Below are positions 48,105 to 57,098 of a DNA stretch of 64,000 nucleotides, one piece after another (the first letter of the stretch is position 1; each line of letters starts with the position of its first letter). The translations under genes and the position numbers were made by a program. Source of the stretch: Chthonomonas calidirosea (GTDB lineage Bacteria; Armatimonadota; Fimbriimonadia; Fimbriimonadales; Fimbriimonadaceae). The stretch is taken from NCBI GenBank assembly GCA_945859975.1, contig CAMAPH010000003.1, forward strand, positions 64,001-128,000, read 5' to 3'. The notes beneath the pieces were generated by a model, which saw only the letters and a program-made list of their open reading frames with translations, was not told the origin of the DNA and made no database searches.

Positions 48105-48440
48105 CTATCCCTCGGGTGAACCAAACCAAACCTTTCATAGGTTCACTATAGTCGCTCACGATCATAACACACTCTTAGCTTCTCGGGAACACTTTTTTGA
48201 CATTAACCCCGTGCTAAAAGTGTTTCCTGAAGATAAATCTACCTTCTAGCAAGATCATGAACCCGCATCTAACACTTTCATCACCATTCCGGGTAGTGTT
48301 AAGTACACCAAGTAAATTGTCGTCAATCACAATGACGCAACTTACGCCGCTTGCGCGGCAAGGGAAAAAAAGTCGCCTATTGGACCCAGTTCTTTCCAGG
48401 TTGGGATCATCCGTCCAAAGCAGGCGTCATAAAACTAATC

Positions 48441-48926
48441 ATGAGACAAAGAAGAAGTAAAGAAGCTAAGGTTGCCCCAGTGGCACCCGTCATGAACGAA
48501 GCACGGCTTTACGAGGAACATGCCCTCACAGAACTCAAGAACGCGGGCTACCGAATCACCATGCCACGAGTTCAGGTCATCCGAGCGCTTTCGGACTCGG
48601 AGATCGCTCTGAGCGCGTACGCAATTCACGAGAAGATCGTGACTACCGGTGGCAAGATTGACGTCGTCAGCGTTTATCGAATTCTGAGCACCCTCCAAGA
48701 AGTCGGACTAATTCACCACATCGGCATTGTTGACGGTTACTTCCCGGCTCGGACAACCAAGCCAGATGCAACCGCAACCGAAGTTGTCGTTGATGTCGAC
48801 ACAGACAAGGTTCGAGAGCTCACCCTCCCGTCCGAAATCATCGCTGCCATCGACAAGCAGGCCAAGGCACAGGGATTTGAAGCCCACTTGCTGAAGGTCG
48901 AAATCCGCGGCAAGTTTTCAAACTAA
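48441..48926 (+). CDS. Fur-fold transcriptional regulator lacking canonical metal ligands
   Basis: LKNAGYRITMPRVQVIRAL...SAYAIH...IDVVSVYRILSTLQEVGLIH wHTH; C-terminal domain has no HHHxxCxxC. Start uncertain. Confidence 0.8.
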   Translation: MRQRRSKEAKVAPVAPVMNEARLYEEHALTELKNAGYRITMPRVQVIRALSDSEIALSAYAIHEKIVTTGGKIDVVSVYRILSTLQEVGLIHHIGIVDGYFPARTTKPDATATEVVVDVDTDKVRELTLPSEIIAAIDKQAKAQGFEAHLLKVEIRGKFSN

Positions 48927-48937
48927 AGCCCACGATT

Positions 48938-48975
48938 GAAAAAGCCCCGCTCACCTGGTGAGCGGGGCTTTTTTC
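48938..48975. terminator. Bidirectional intrinsic terminator
   Basis: GAAAAAGCCCCGCTCACC-t-GGTGAGCGGGGCTTTTTTC. Confidence 0.88.
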
Positions 48976-48992
48976 TGTCTGTTCGTCCTGGG

Positions 48993-50561
48993 TTAGAACG
49001 TGACCGTTGCTTCTACCTTTGTCGTGGCGCCGTCCGAGAATCGGCTGTAAGCAACCGAAGTGCTTTCGCCCGACTTCATCTTGCTCACGACTTCTACGAT
49101 TTCGTTCGACGAACTGATGGCTCGGCTGCCGATCTTCGTGATCACGTCACCGGGCTTCATGCCAAGGGTGGCCGCAGGGCTTCCAGGGCTTACGCTGAGC
49201 ACTACAGCGCCCTTCGTTCCCTCTGGCACACCGAACTGCTTTCGCATCTCGGCGGTCACATCCGCAACGCTTACGCCAAGCCGTGGCCGCGAGGAGTCGG
49301 GCGTGATCGGCTGGACTGGCTTTTCCTCTGGGATCATTTTGCGGAGCTCTTCTGGAATCTCCATCCCGAACGGCGACTCAAGCTCGTCCGACTGCGGGCT
49401 GGTCATCTTAGGCGGTTCTGGTGCGGCTCCTAGCTTCACCTTAGCGCTTGCCGATTTTCCGTCACGAACGTACTTGACGTCCACTTCGGTGCCCGGAGCA
49501 TAAACAAGCATCGAGTTGCGCAAATCAACCGAGGAATCGATCTTTCGGTCTCCGATCTGGACGATAATGTCGCCCGGTCGCAGACCAGCTTTTCCGGCTG
49601 GCGTGTCGGATGCGGTGAAGCCAGGCATGTCTCGGCCCGGATCAACCACTTTCGCGCCACCAGACAGTTTCATGTCCTTCTTCTCAAACTCTTTGAGAGA
49701 CTCCATTCGGACGCCGAGATAAGCTCGGGTGACTTTGCCCTTCTCGAGCAGAATGTCTCCGATGAACTTGGCCTGATTGCTTGGAATCGCAAATCCGATG
49801 CCTGCCGATACTCCGCTTGGGCTGAAGATCGCGGTGTTCACCCCGACTACCTGACCATCGATGTTGATCAGCGGTCCACCCGAGTTGCCTCGGTTGATCG
49901 ACGCATCCGTCTGAATCAAGTCGGCATAAACCTTGTCCTGAATGAACTGCTCGCTTCGGTGCAGCGCACTGACGTGCCCAACCGTGACGGTGTTTTCGAG
50001 ACCAAACGGCGCGCCAAGCGCCATCGCGAACTGCCCGGGCCGAACTTTGCTTGAGTCAGCGAAGCTAAGCGTCGGCAAGTCCTTCGCCTCAATCTTTACC
50101 AGCGCAATGTCAGCGAAGGGAGCGCGAGTAACCGTGCCCTTAAACTCTCGTCCGTCCTTCAGTGAGACCGTGACCTTTGTTGCATCTCCAACGACGTGGT
50201 CGTTGGTCATGATGTAGCCATCAGCGCGGAAGATGAAGCCGGAACCTTCGCCTTGCGAAATCGGAACGCGTCGTCCGTCTTTCCCTTGGGCTCTTTCTTG
50301 GACCGCTTTAATGTCCACAATCGCCGCTCCGGCGTATTCCGCCAGGTTGGCAAATGAAGTGTCGAGGTTGCGAAGCTCCGCCATGCTTTCGGCAGAAGTT
50401 TCGGCGACAAGTCGAGGCGCGGCTATGGCCGGCTTTTCTTGCGCAATGACTTGAGGGAGCGCCTTGCCGCTAAAGACCGCCGCCATGCAGACGGCTCCCA
50501 AAGCAAACCCGGCTCCAATGGTGAGATACACCGACTTCGGTGTTCGAATGGATGGTTTCAT
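48993..50561 (-). CDS. degP: DegP/HtrA serine protease with two PDZ domains
   Basis: GSGFIF, TNDHVV, ADIAL, QTDASINRGNSGGPL, two PDZ domains. Confidence 0.93.
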   Translation of the reverse strand: MKPSIRTPKSVYLTIGAGFALGAVCMAAVFSGKALPQVIAQEKPAIAAPRLVAETSAESMAELRNLDTSFANLAEYAGAAIVDIKAVQERAQGKDGRRVPISQGEGSGFIFRADGYIMTNDHVVGDATKVTVSLKDGREFKGTVTRAPFADIALVKIEAKDLPTLSFADSSKVRPGQFAMALGAPFGLENTVTVGHVSALHRSEQFIQDKVYADLIQTDASINRGNSGGPLINIDGQVVGVNTAIFSPSGVSAGIGFAIPSNQAKFIGDILLEKGKVTRAYLGVRMESLKEFEKKDMKLSGGAKVVDPGRDMPGFTASDTPAGKAGLRPGDIIVQIGDRKIDSSVDLRNSMLVYAPGTEVDVKYVRDGKSASAKVKLGAAPEPPKMTSPQSDELESPFGMEIPEELRKMIPEEKPVQPITPDSSRPRLGVSVADVTAEMRKQFGVPEGTKGAVVLSVSPGSPAATLGMKPGDVITKIGSRAISSSNEIVEVVSKMKSGESTSVAYSRFSDGATTKVEATVTF

Positions 50562-50575
50562 GATTCTGTTTCGAT

Positions 50576-51736
50576 TTAGGGTCCGGCGCAGATCACCGTG
50601 CCCGAGTGCGATTTAATCGCGGTTAGCACGGTTAACTGCATTGGCGAGAAGTAGGGTTCCCAGCCGGTTAAAACTAGGTCCTGTGCCGGGTCAATCGGCT
50701 GGAAACACCACCCTGCAGGCTGCAAAGTGCCGATTTCGCCCGAGCGAGTGAATGCACGAAGAAGGTCGCGACGAATGTCGTTGCTCATCTCGGAGACCAC
50801 CAAGAGGCGCACGTCTCCGACGGTGCCCGACGATCCCATCTCCATGCTCCGAATCTTCACATCATTGGAACTCAGCCACTGGTAAACGGTTGCTTTCACA
50901 AGGCCATCCGTAATTCGGACGGCAAGCGCGCGCCACCGGTCGCTGGTGGTCAACTGCATGTCTTGGACCTTGAAGCCCATCGGTAAGTTAGGAGGAAGGA
51001 TGGGTGCAAAACCTAGCTTGCGCTTGGCATCCGGGGCTTTGAGGCTCTGCGGCGGATCGTATGACAAGACTCTCGCACCGCCGACTGGTTTCATCTCGAA
51101 GCGCTCAGGATCAATTTCCGACGGAAACTGGATCTCACGCGTATCGTAAATGATCCTTTTGCCACCTTCGAGCGAACTCGTTTCCATCCGTAGCGGGTAA
51201 CCCGTTTTTCGGTCAACGTAGTACCGACGAGTGTCCATTCGATCGTCGTGCGGCGATGCCACGATGCAGTGCGTGTCCCGCCCCGCGATCTTGACACTTG
51301 TTCCGAACTTAAGGTCGTAATTTTTCCTCGCAAGTTTCCAACGAGCCTCAGCGTCGTCCTCCTGCAAATGGGGAGAGGCCTGATCGATCATCACGTTTTG
51401 GTCGGGCAAATACACCCGTAAGCGTTTGCCGTCGTCTACCGACTCGGTGCCTTGGCGTCGAAGCGGCTGAGTTACGACGTGGTGAACCTTTCCGTCCTTC
51501 GAGCGTTCAACCCGAACGGTTTGGTGCTGATCCTCGCCCGCAGGGTCGCGCTGGATGATCACGGCCGTGACGTGCGACGAGAAACTGCGTCGCATGCTTT
51601 TCAGTAGCCAAGCGTCGGCGTCGTCGCCACAGGTAGGCACTCCGGGGCCAGCGGCAACCGCAATTGGAACAAGGCTCCAAGCAACGATCGGAAGCGCAAA
51701 AGCGGCTCGTTTAGCGATTCGGGTCAGATTGAACAT
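50576..51736 (-). CDS. MucB/RseB-like (LolA-fold) periplasmic sigma regulator
   Basis: Signal peptide, KNYDL...KIAGR...RRYYVDRKTGYPLR, ITDGL; between anti-sigma and degP. Confidence 0.75.
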   Translation of the reverse strand: MFNLTRIAKRAAFALPIVAWSLVPIAVAAGPGVPTCGDDADAWLLKSMRRSFSSHVTAVIIQRDPAGEDQHQTVRVERSKDGKVHHVVTQPLRRQGTESVDDGKRLRVYLPDQNVMIDQASPHLQEDDAEARWKLARKNYDLKFGTSVKIAGRDTHCIVASPHDDRMDTRRYYVDRKTGYPLRMETSSLEGGKRIIYDTREIQFPSEIDPERFEMKPVGGARVLSYDPPQSLKAPDAKRKLGFAPILPPNLPMGFKVQDMQLTTSDRWRALAVRITDGLVKATVYQWLSSNDVKIRSMEMGSSGTVGDVRLLVVSEMSNDIRRDLLRAFTRSGEIGTLQPAGWCFQPIDPAQDLVLTGWEPYFSPMQLTVLTAIKSHSGTVICAGP

Positions 51737-52184
51737 TGATCACCGGGATGCCCCCCATCGGGTCCGTGCCGACGGCATAGATCTGATCACGCTGAATGTC
51801 AAAAGCGATCGATCGATCCGGGGTCGTCTGCGTTACCGGGGCGGAGTCCGCCTTTAAGACGAATTGTAAGACCAATAAGGTAGCAACCATCGAGCAGGCA
51901 GCGATTCCGGCAAACGTGAACGCTGGTCGGAATTGGAAGTTCCACTGTTTGCGCGGTGGTTCCACTTGGCGCATCACGTTCGCGATGAGGCGCTCTTCGA
52001 AGCATTCTGCTGGCTCTGGGGCGGCGCAGCGACCGAGCATTTGTTTGATGGTCGCGAGCGAGTCCATCTCTTCGCGGCACGATGCACAGTCAAAAACGTG
52101 AGCCCGAACGGCCGTATGTTCGTTGCCTGGTAGCTCCTTATCCAGATAGGCACTCAGCCTTGCTTGCACGGCTTTACAGTTCAT
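51711..52184 (-). CDS. Zinc-finger (zf-HC2) transmembrane anti-sigma factor
   Basis: MNCKAVQARLSAYLD...HVFDCASC, single TM. Confidence 0.88.
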   Translation of the reverse strand: MNCKAVQARLSAYLDKELPGNEHTAVRAHVFDCASCREEMDSLATIKQMLGRCAAPEPAECFEERLIANVMRQVEPPRKQWNFQFRPAFTFAGIAACSMVATLLVLQFVLKADSAPVTQTTPDRSIAFDIQRDQIYAVGTDPMGGIPVINVQSDPNR

Positions 52185-52770
52185 TTGCAAACCTTCCAAA
52201 GAAATCTGGGGAGTTCTTGAGTAAGTGATCCCGAAGTTGCTTTCTACCCCGATGGATGCGGGACCTCACGGTGCCAACGCTTGTTTTCATAATCTCGGCG
52301 ACTTCTTCGTACGCCATGCCTTCTACGTCCGCAAGAATAACGGCCGTTCGAAAATCCTCGTTCATCGAGAGCAAAGCCTTCTGAACTGGCTCCGCCATCG
52401 AATCATTCATAAGCTCTCGGTCGGGCGACGACTCCTCGTCAGCAACGTCCCAAGTCGTCGTTCCTTCTGGTCCCGAGTTGTCCAGGCTCGTGGTTTTGAG
52501 CCGACCTTTTCGGCGAATCAGGTCGATGTGCGTGTTGCTGATGATGCGATACAGCCAGCTGGTAAATGGCAGGCGGTCATCGTATTTATCGAAGAATCGG
52601 AACGCACGAACGAACGATTCCTGAACCAAATCCTCGGCTTCCGACGGATTTCCGGTTAGGCGATACGCAAGGCCGTAAGCCTGCTTGTGGGTATCACGAA
52701 TGAGCCCCTCGAACATTCGCGCTCGATCTTTCACAACCTCGGTCCTTTCTCTCAAAGCTGCAAACAGCAT
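52174..52770 (-). CDS. ECF RNA polymerase sigma factor
   Basis: AEDLVQESF, FTSWLYRI, MAYEEVAEIM..SVGTVRSRIHRGR. Confidence 0.95.
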   Translation of the reverse strand: MLFAALRERTEVVKDRARMFEGLIRDTHKQAYGLAYRLTGNPSEAEDLVQESFVRAFRFFDKYDDRLPFTSWLYRIISNTHIDLIRRKGRLKTTSLDNSGPEGTTTWDVADEESSPDRELMNDSMAEPVQKALLSMNEDFRTAVILADVEGMAYEEVAEIMKTSVGTVRSRIHRGRKQLRDHLLKNSPDFFGRFANEL

Positions 52771-52803
52771 CGCATTACACTCCCTGAATGAGTACCAAAG
52801 GTG

Positions 52804-52831
52804 TTACGCATGATACGCGTGGTTAGGTTCC
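52804..52831 (-). promoter_or_regulatory. Putative ECF-type autoregulatory promoter
   Basis: Minus strand GGAACC-N17-CGTAA, 33 nt upstream of the sigma ATG. Confidence 0.6.
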
Positions 52832-53803
52832 CGTTCTTGGGCCCTTCTTAGGTCGCAGCAGGCGCGCGAACAGGGCGTCCGTTACGATCGCCTCGTGGCC
52901 ATTCTGTTTGAGCCTACGGTGACTCTCGATTATTGCCTGCGTCCATTCGCCTGGAACCCGGTGATCTTTGGACAGCAACGTGCCGAGTCTTTCCAGCGTT
53001 TCTGCCGCGGCATAACGCTCTTTTCCGGGGAAAGCGGGTTCAAGCCGTTCGGTCAGGTCGCGAAAGTCCTCTGCCACCGCCAAAGCCGACGTGTGATTCT
53101 TGGTTGGCAATACGCGCGCAAATTCAATCAGCTCTGAGTACCGGTCCCGATGCTCAAAAATTTCACGCAGCCGGCCCGGGGTGTTTTCGGCCAGCGCAAG
53201 CTCGGCGGGCGTGAAGTCACCCATCTGGCTCACGATCTCTTCGACGGTTGGTAACTCGCACATCACGGCAAGACAACGACTTAGAATCGTTGGAAGAACG
53301 CTGCCCGCGCTTGGAGTGGTCAAAATGAATCGGCCATGCGGCAGGGGCTCTTCGAGCGACTTCAACAGCGCGTTTGCCGCGCGGTGGTTCATCCGGTGAG
53401 CGTCCGTGATCGTCACCACTTTATGGCGAGACATGAGCGGCATCGAGCGGAGGAAGGTGTCGACGGCTACCGGATCATCTTTGTCTGGATGCTCATCTTC
53501 CCGAATCTGTTTAATCAGAATCTGGTCCGAGCTTGCGCTAGGCGTGATCGACAGAACGTCGGGATTGTTTCCCCGCTCATAGGCTCGGCAAGCCCGATCG
53601 GGTTCGCTAGAGATCGGGTCGTTGGACAGCCAAGCTTTCATCAGAATGCGCACCAGTTCTGACTTCCCGCTACCGGGTGGGCCATAAAACAGAACGGCGT
53701 GTACGCCGAGGTCTCCTACCGCGAGCTTGGAGACAAACCGCTTGGCGCCAGCGAGCCCGACAAGTTTGTCGAGTTCAGAATCGATGGAATTGCTCAACGT
53801 CAA
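52823..53803 (-). CDS. holB: DNA polymerase III subunit delta'
   Basis: HAVLFYGPPGSGK, NPDV, AHRMNHRAANALLKSLEEP, LPTILSRC. Confidence 0.85.
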   Translation of the reverse strand: MTLSNSIDSELDKLVGLAGAKRFVSKLAVGDLGVHAVLFYGPPGSGKSELVRILMKAWLSNDPISSEPDRACRAYERGNNPDVLSITPSASSDQILIKQIREDEHPDKDDPVAVDTFLRSMPLMSRHKVVTITDAHRMNHRAANALLKSLEEPLPHGRFILTTPSAGSVLPTILSRCLAVMCELPTVEEIVSQMGDFTPAELALAENTPGRLREIFEHRDRYSELIEFARVLPTKNHTSALAVAEDFRDLTERLEPAFPGKERYAAAETLERLGTLLSKDHRVPGEWTQAIIESHRRLKQNGHEAIVTDALFARLLRPKKGPRTGT

Positions 53804-54104
53804 TCACAAACATTACCGCTCCACCAACTGGGACCTTGACCGGGCTCGGAATGAAGCCGCCAGGAGTTGTGGCGTCAAAAGGCATCACGTTCACGAGCTG
53901 GTCTCGAGATTGGCAACTTTCCTTGAACAGTTTTTTGAGGGCGGGCAGATCGTTCTCTTCCGAGCCGATGAGCATCGTGGTGTTTCCTTCCCGAAGGAAA
54001 CCGCCGGTCGAACCGATGATCGTGAATTTGAATCCAGCTTTGACCAATTCATCGGTCACGTGGCCCTTGTCTCGGTTGTGGACAATGCAAACGGCGAGTT
54101 TCAT
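53775..54104 (-). CDS. darA: Cyclic-di-AMP receptor DarA/PstA (PII-like)
   Basis: STGGFLREGNTT, VGGAVMFVIDVEQF. Confidence 0.9.
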   Translation of the reverse strand: MKLAVCIVHNRDKGHVTDELVKAGFKFTIIGSTGGFLREGNTTMLIGSEENDLPALKKLFKESCQSRDQLVNVMPFDATTPGGFIPSPVKVPVGGAVMFVIDVEQFHRF

Positions 54105-54190
54105 TAAGCCTGATTATAAAGGAAGCGCCGAACCGCGTGGGTTGCGGATTCAAAAACGCATCACGAACTCAGACTCCGATCGCCAGACAC

Positions 54191-54223
54191 AAAAAAGCTC
54201 CGACGCATTTGCATCGGAGCTTT
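54191..54223 (-). terminator. Terminator of pilin-like cassette 1
   Basis: AAAGCTCCGA...TCGGAGCTTT stem with a U tract on the minus strand. Confidence 0.8.
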
Positions 54224-54228
54224 CAAGT

Positions 54229-54414
54229 TTATTCGCCCTGGCTCGTAGGCTTTTCGATGGTTTCGCCTCGCTGTTGAGCGAGAGCTTCTGCCTTCTTTTC
54301 TTGGTTCTTGTAGCTCGCCTCGGCGCCTTCGGCCGAGACGTCTCCCCCACCGGAACAACCGGCAAGGGAGAAGATCGCTAGACCAAGTGCCAGACACTTA
54401 GTCCAGTTGCTCAT
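54229..54414 (-). CDS. Small lipoprotein (cassette 1, 61 aa)
   Basis: Lipobox LAGC; TGATG coupling to the pilin-like gene. Confidence 0.8.
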   Translation of the reverse strand: MSNWTKCLALGLAIFSLAGCSGGGDVSAEGAEASYKNQEKKAEALAQQRGETIEKPTSQGE

Positions 54415-55364
54415 CAGTTCTGGAGGCCCCAGAACGGATAGTTAAGGTTGGTGGTCGGCGTTGGCTGACCGGAGATCGTGCCGCTCGAAATTCCGCACTG
54501 CTGCGAAGCGTTGAGGGTCACACCGTACTCGGCGGCGGTAGGCGTGTTGCCAAGGAATGCCTGTGGCTTGATGCTCTTCGCGTGGCCGTCGGCGTATCCG
54601 ACAACGATGCTCTCGGCGAAGACTCGGCTGGAGTCGATTCGACCGGTGTTGACGCAGCTAGCATCGGTGACGAAGAAGTTCGCTGCCCAGAATTCTCGGA
54701 TGGCGGCTGGGTAAACGGTCTGCTCAGATGCCGAGCTCTGATCGGCTCGGAGAACGACTGGCGCGTAGTTGATGAGCGGGTTGCTGAATTCGAACAACAG
54801 CATTGCGTCAGCAACGGCTGGAAGAGCGTTCTGGCTGCCACCGAAGATCGAGTTTCGAAGTCGGCCTGCAGCCGTGTTCGATCGTAGGTAGGTGTTGACC
54901 GCACCGGTGATACCGAGGTTAAGTGCGAAGCCACCCATGATCTGACCGTTGTCGCTCCACTGTCGAGGCGTACCAGCGTCAATCTTGGTTCGACCTGGGT
55001 GCTCGAAGAGGCCTACGTTCTTGGTGTAAGGCAACACCCACTTCTGCCAAGAGTAGTGGTTCATTCGGTATGGGTACGGACCTGCACCCGAGCAGCCGTC
55101 GCCGTTCGAAGGCGTATAGCTAGCTGCATTGAGGGCTGGGTTGAGCGCGGATCGAGCGATACAATCGTCGTTTCGAGGATAGATATCGTCGTAGTCGCTG
55201 GTGTACAGGAACATGCTGGTCGAGATCTGCTTCTGGTTCGAGAGAGCAGCAGTCTTCTTTGCAGCAGCCTTAGCCTGTGCGAAAACTGGGAAAAGGATAG
55301 CTGCGAGAATCGCGATGATCGCGATAACTACGAGCAGCTCAATGAGGGTAAATGCCTTTTTCAT
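54414..55364 (-). CDS. Prepilin-type N-terminal cleavage/methylation domain protein (DUF1559-like), cassette 1
   Basis: [32 protein letters not shown]...YTSDYDD...GYADGHAK...NYPFWGL. Confidence 0.9.
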   Translation of the reverse strand: MKKAFTLIELLVVIAIIAILAAILFPVFAQAKAAAKKTAALSNQKQISTSMFLYTSDYDDIYPRNDDCIARSALNPALNAASYTPSNGDGCSGAGPYPYRMNHYSWQKWVLPYTKNVGLFEHPGRTKIDAGTPRQWSDNGQIMGGFALNLGITGAVNTYLRSNTAAGRLRNSIFGGSQNALPAVADAMLLFEFSNPLINYAPVVLRADQSSASEQTVYPAAIREFWAANFFVTDASCVNTGRIDSSRVFAESIVVGYADGHAKSIKPQAFLGNTPTAAEYGVTLNASQQCGISSGTISGQPTPTTNLNYPFWGLQN

Positions 55365-55410
55365 GAGTCTATATTGGGATCCGAAACTACCGCTTCGCGA
55401 CCTCACGAAA

Positions 55411-55442
55411 ATTGTGAGTTGGAATTGTTAAGACTTTGTTAA
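55411..55442 (-). promoter_or_regulatory. Direct-repeat box + -10, cassette 1
   Basis: TTAACA-aagtc-TTAACA-N9-CACAAT (minus strand). Confidence 0.65.
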
Positions 55443-55501
55443 CGACATCCGAATAAATTCGCTGATTTTTGAAAGCTCATGAACTCCATTCGCCCAGATG
55501 G

Positions 55502-55535
55502 AAAACGGGTGCGGGTGACTTTGCCACCCGCACCC
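55502..55535 (-). terminator. Terminator of pilin-like cassette 2
   Basis: GGGTGCGGGTG/CACCCGCACCC stem followed by GUUUU. Confidence 0.8.
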
Positions 55536-55550
55536 AACCGAGACTTAGAC

Positions 55551-55703
55551 TCAGTACGCGTTCTTATCGTCGCCGGTTGCTTTTCGCTCTTTTTCGATCG
55601 CGGCTTGTGAGTCTTGCGCTTCCTTTTGGGTCGGTTCTCCGCAACCGCTCAGGAGAGCGGCGCAGACGATTCCGAGCGCAAGAAAGATCGCAAGTCGACT
55701 CAC
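55551..55703 (-). CDS. Small lipoprotein (cassette 2, 50 aa; not in ORF track)
   Basis: [54 protein letters not shown] overlap with the pilin-like stop. Confidence 0.8.
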   Translation of the reverse strand: MSRLAIFLALGIVCAALLSGCGEPTQKEAQDSQAAIEKERKATGDDKNAY

Positions 55704-56674
55704 TGTCCGAGGCCCCAGAGTGGGTAGTTCACGTTGAGGTTAACCGCAGCACCAAGTCGCTGGGTCGAACCAGCGAGCCCAGCGGCCGTTGGGCTCATTC
55801 CTGGCGAGTACTCGGCGATGGTTGGCGTTGCGCCGATCATGGCTTCGGCCTTCAGGTACTTCGCGTGGCCATCCGCGTAGCCAATCGTGAATCCACCGTT
55901 TTCGGTTCGAGCTTCAATGATCGTCTTGCCGACGACCGTTCCGTCGTTGGTTCCGTTGTACAGGTCGTTGATGAGGTGCTCTCGAACAACTGCTGGGTAA
56001 ACGGTTGCGGTTCGGTTGGTGAACTCAGCGTCAAGGAATCCGTTTGGAAGCACCGACGTCGTTGGGTTTGACGTGACCCAGAACAGCATGGTCGAAGCAG
56101 GCTGTACGAGGGCAGTCTGAGTTCCACCGGTCCAGCTGTTTCGATAGATTCGGGAGCTAGCACCGATCACGGCTTCGTCGTAGGTGTTCAACGATCCGGT
56201 GATCGCAAGGTTGATTGCGTAGCTGCCGAACATCTGACCGCAAGATTCCCAAGCGCCGTTTGGACAGCCGAAGGTTGCACCGGTGACTCGACCCTTAACT
56301 GGGTTGAAGAACATGTCAACGTTCTTAACGTATGGCATAACCCACTTTGGCCAGCTGAAGTGGTTCAACCGGTTGTAGAACTGAGTCGATCCATCTGGCG
56401 TGCATCCCTGACCGGCGGCCGAGTTGAGCGCCGCAGTCTTGAGCGCTGGATTCAGCGAGCTGAAGAGCACGCACTCGTCGTTTCGAGCGTAAACGTCATC
56501 GTAGTCGCTGGTGTACAGGAACATACTCGTCGTGATCTGCTTCTGGTTGGAAAGCGAGGAAGTTCGCTTCGCGGCGGCCTTCGCCTGAGCGAAAACTGGG
56601 AAGAGAATTGCCGCGAGAATCGCGATGATCGCGATGACGACGAGGAGCTCAATCAGGGTAAATGCCTTTTTCAT
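55700..56674 (-). CDS. Prepilin-type N-terminal cleavage/methylation domain protein, cassette 2
   Basis: Same N-terminus; [15 protein letters not shown]. Confidence 0.9.
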   Translation of the reverse strand: MKKAFTLIELLVVIAIIAILAAILFPVFAQAKAAAKRTSSLSNQKQITTSMFLYTSDYDDVYARNDECVLFSSLNPALKTAALNSAAGQGCTPDGSTQFYNRLNHFSWPKWVMPYVKNVDMFFNPVKGRVTGATFGCPNGAWESCGQMFGSYAINLAITGSLNTYDEAVIGASSRIYRNSWTGGTQTALVQPASTMLFWVTSNPTTSVLPNGFLDAEFTNRTATVYPAVVREHLINDLYNGTNDGTVVGKTIIEARTENGGFTIGYADGHAKYLKAEAMIGATPTIAEYSPGMSPTAAGLAGSTQRLGAAVNLNVNYPLWGLGQ

Positions 56675-56735
56675 GATGTCCGTTCCTGCAGGTGCCCAAA
56701 ATCCCGAACGACCTCAACACCCACCGTCCACGAGT

Positions 56736-56767
56736 AGTTTAAGGACAAATTGTTAAGAGTGTTTTAA
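56736..56767 (-). promoter_or_regulatory. Direct-repeat box + -10, cassette 2
   Basis: TTAAAA-cactc-TTAACA-N9-TAAACT (minus strand). Confidence 0.65.
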
Positions 56768-56818
56768 GTTTCTTTGGTTTTGCAAAAGAAACTGAGAACA
56801 CCGTAGTTTTGCCAGCCG

Positions 56819-56853
56819 AAAAAAAGGCGACCACGGAATTGTCCGTGGTCGCC
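56819..56853 (-). terminator. Terminator of pilin-like cassette 3
   Basis: GGCGACCACGGA/TCCGTGGTCGCC stem followed by U7. Confidence 0.85.
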
Positions 56854-56876
56854 CTTTCCGCCAATACGCGACTGGC

Positions 56877-57098
56877 TTACTGTTGCCCTTCGACCTGACC
56901 GTCGTTTCGAGCGGCTTCCCGAGCTTTCTGCTCTTCGAGCTCTTTCTCTTTCCCGGCGGCTTTCATGGCCTTTTCGTAGTTCTCCTGAGAGAACTCCTGC
57001 TTCATCTTTTGTGAATCAGCTTCCGTCACCTCGGTTGGTGCACAACCGAGGCTACAGACTGCAATGACGCCCAAAAGCAAAAGTCCAAGCTTCTGCAC
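56877..57098 (-). CDS. Small lipoprotein (cassette 3, 73 aa)
   Basis: MQKLGLLLLGVIAVCSLGC then a charged helical body; TAGTG coupling to the pilin-like stop. Confidence 0.8.
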   Translation of the reverse strand: MQKLGLLLLGVIAVCSLGCAPTEVTEADSQKMKQEFSQENYEKAMKAAGKEKELEEQKAREAARNDGQVEGQQ

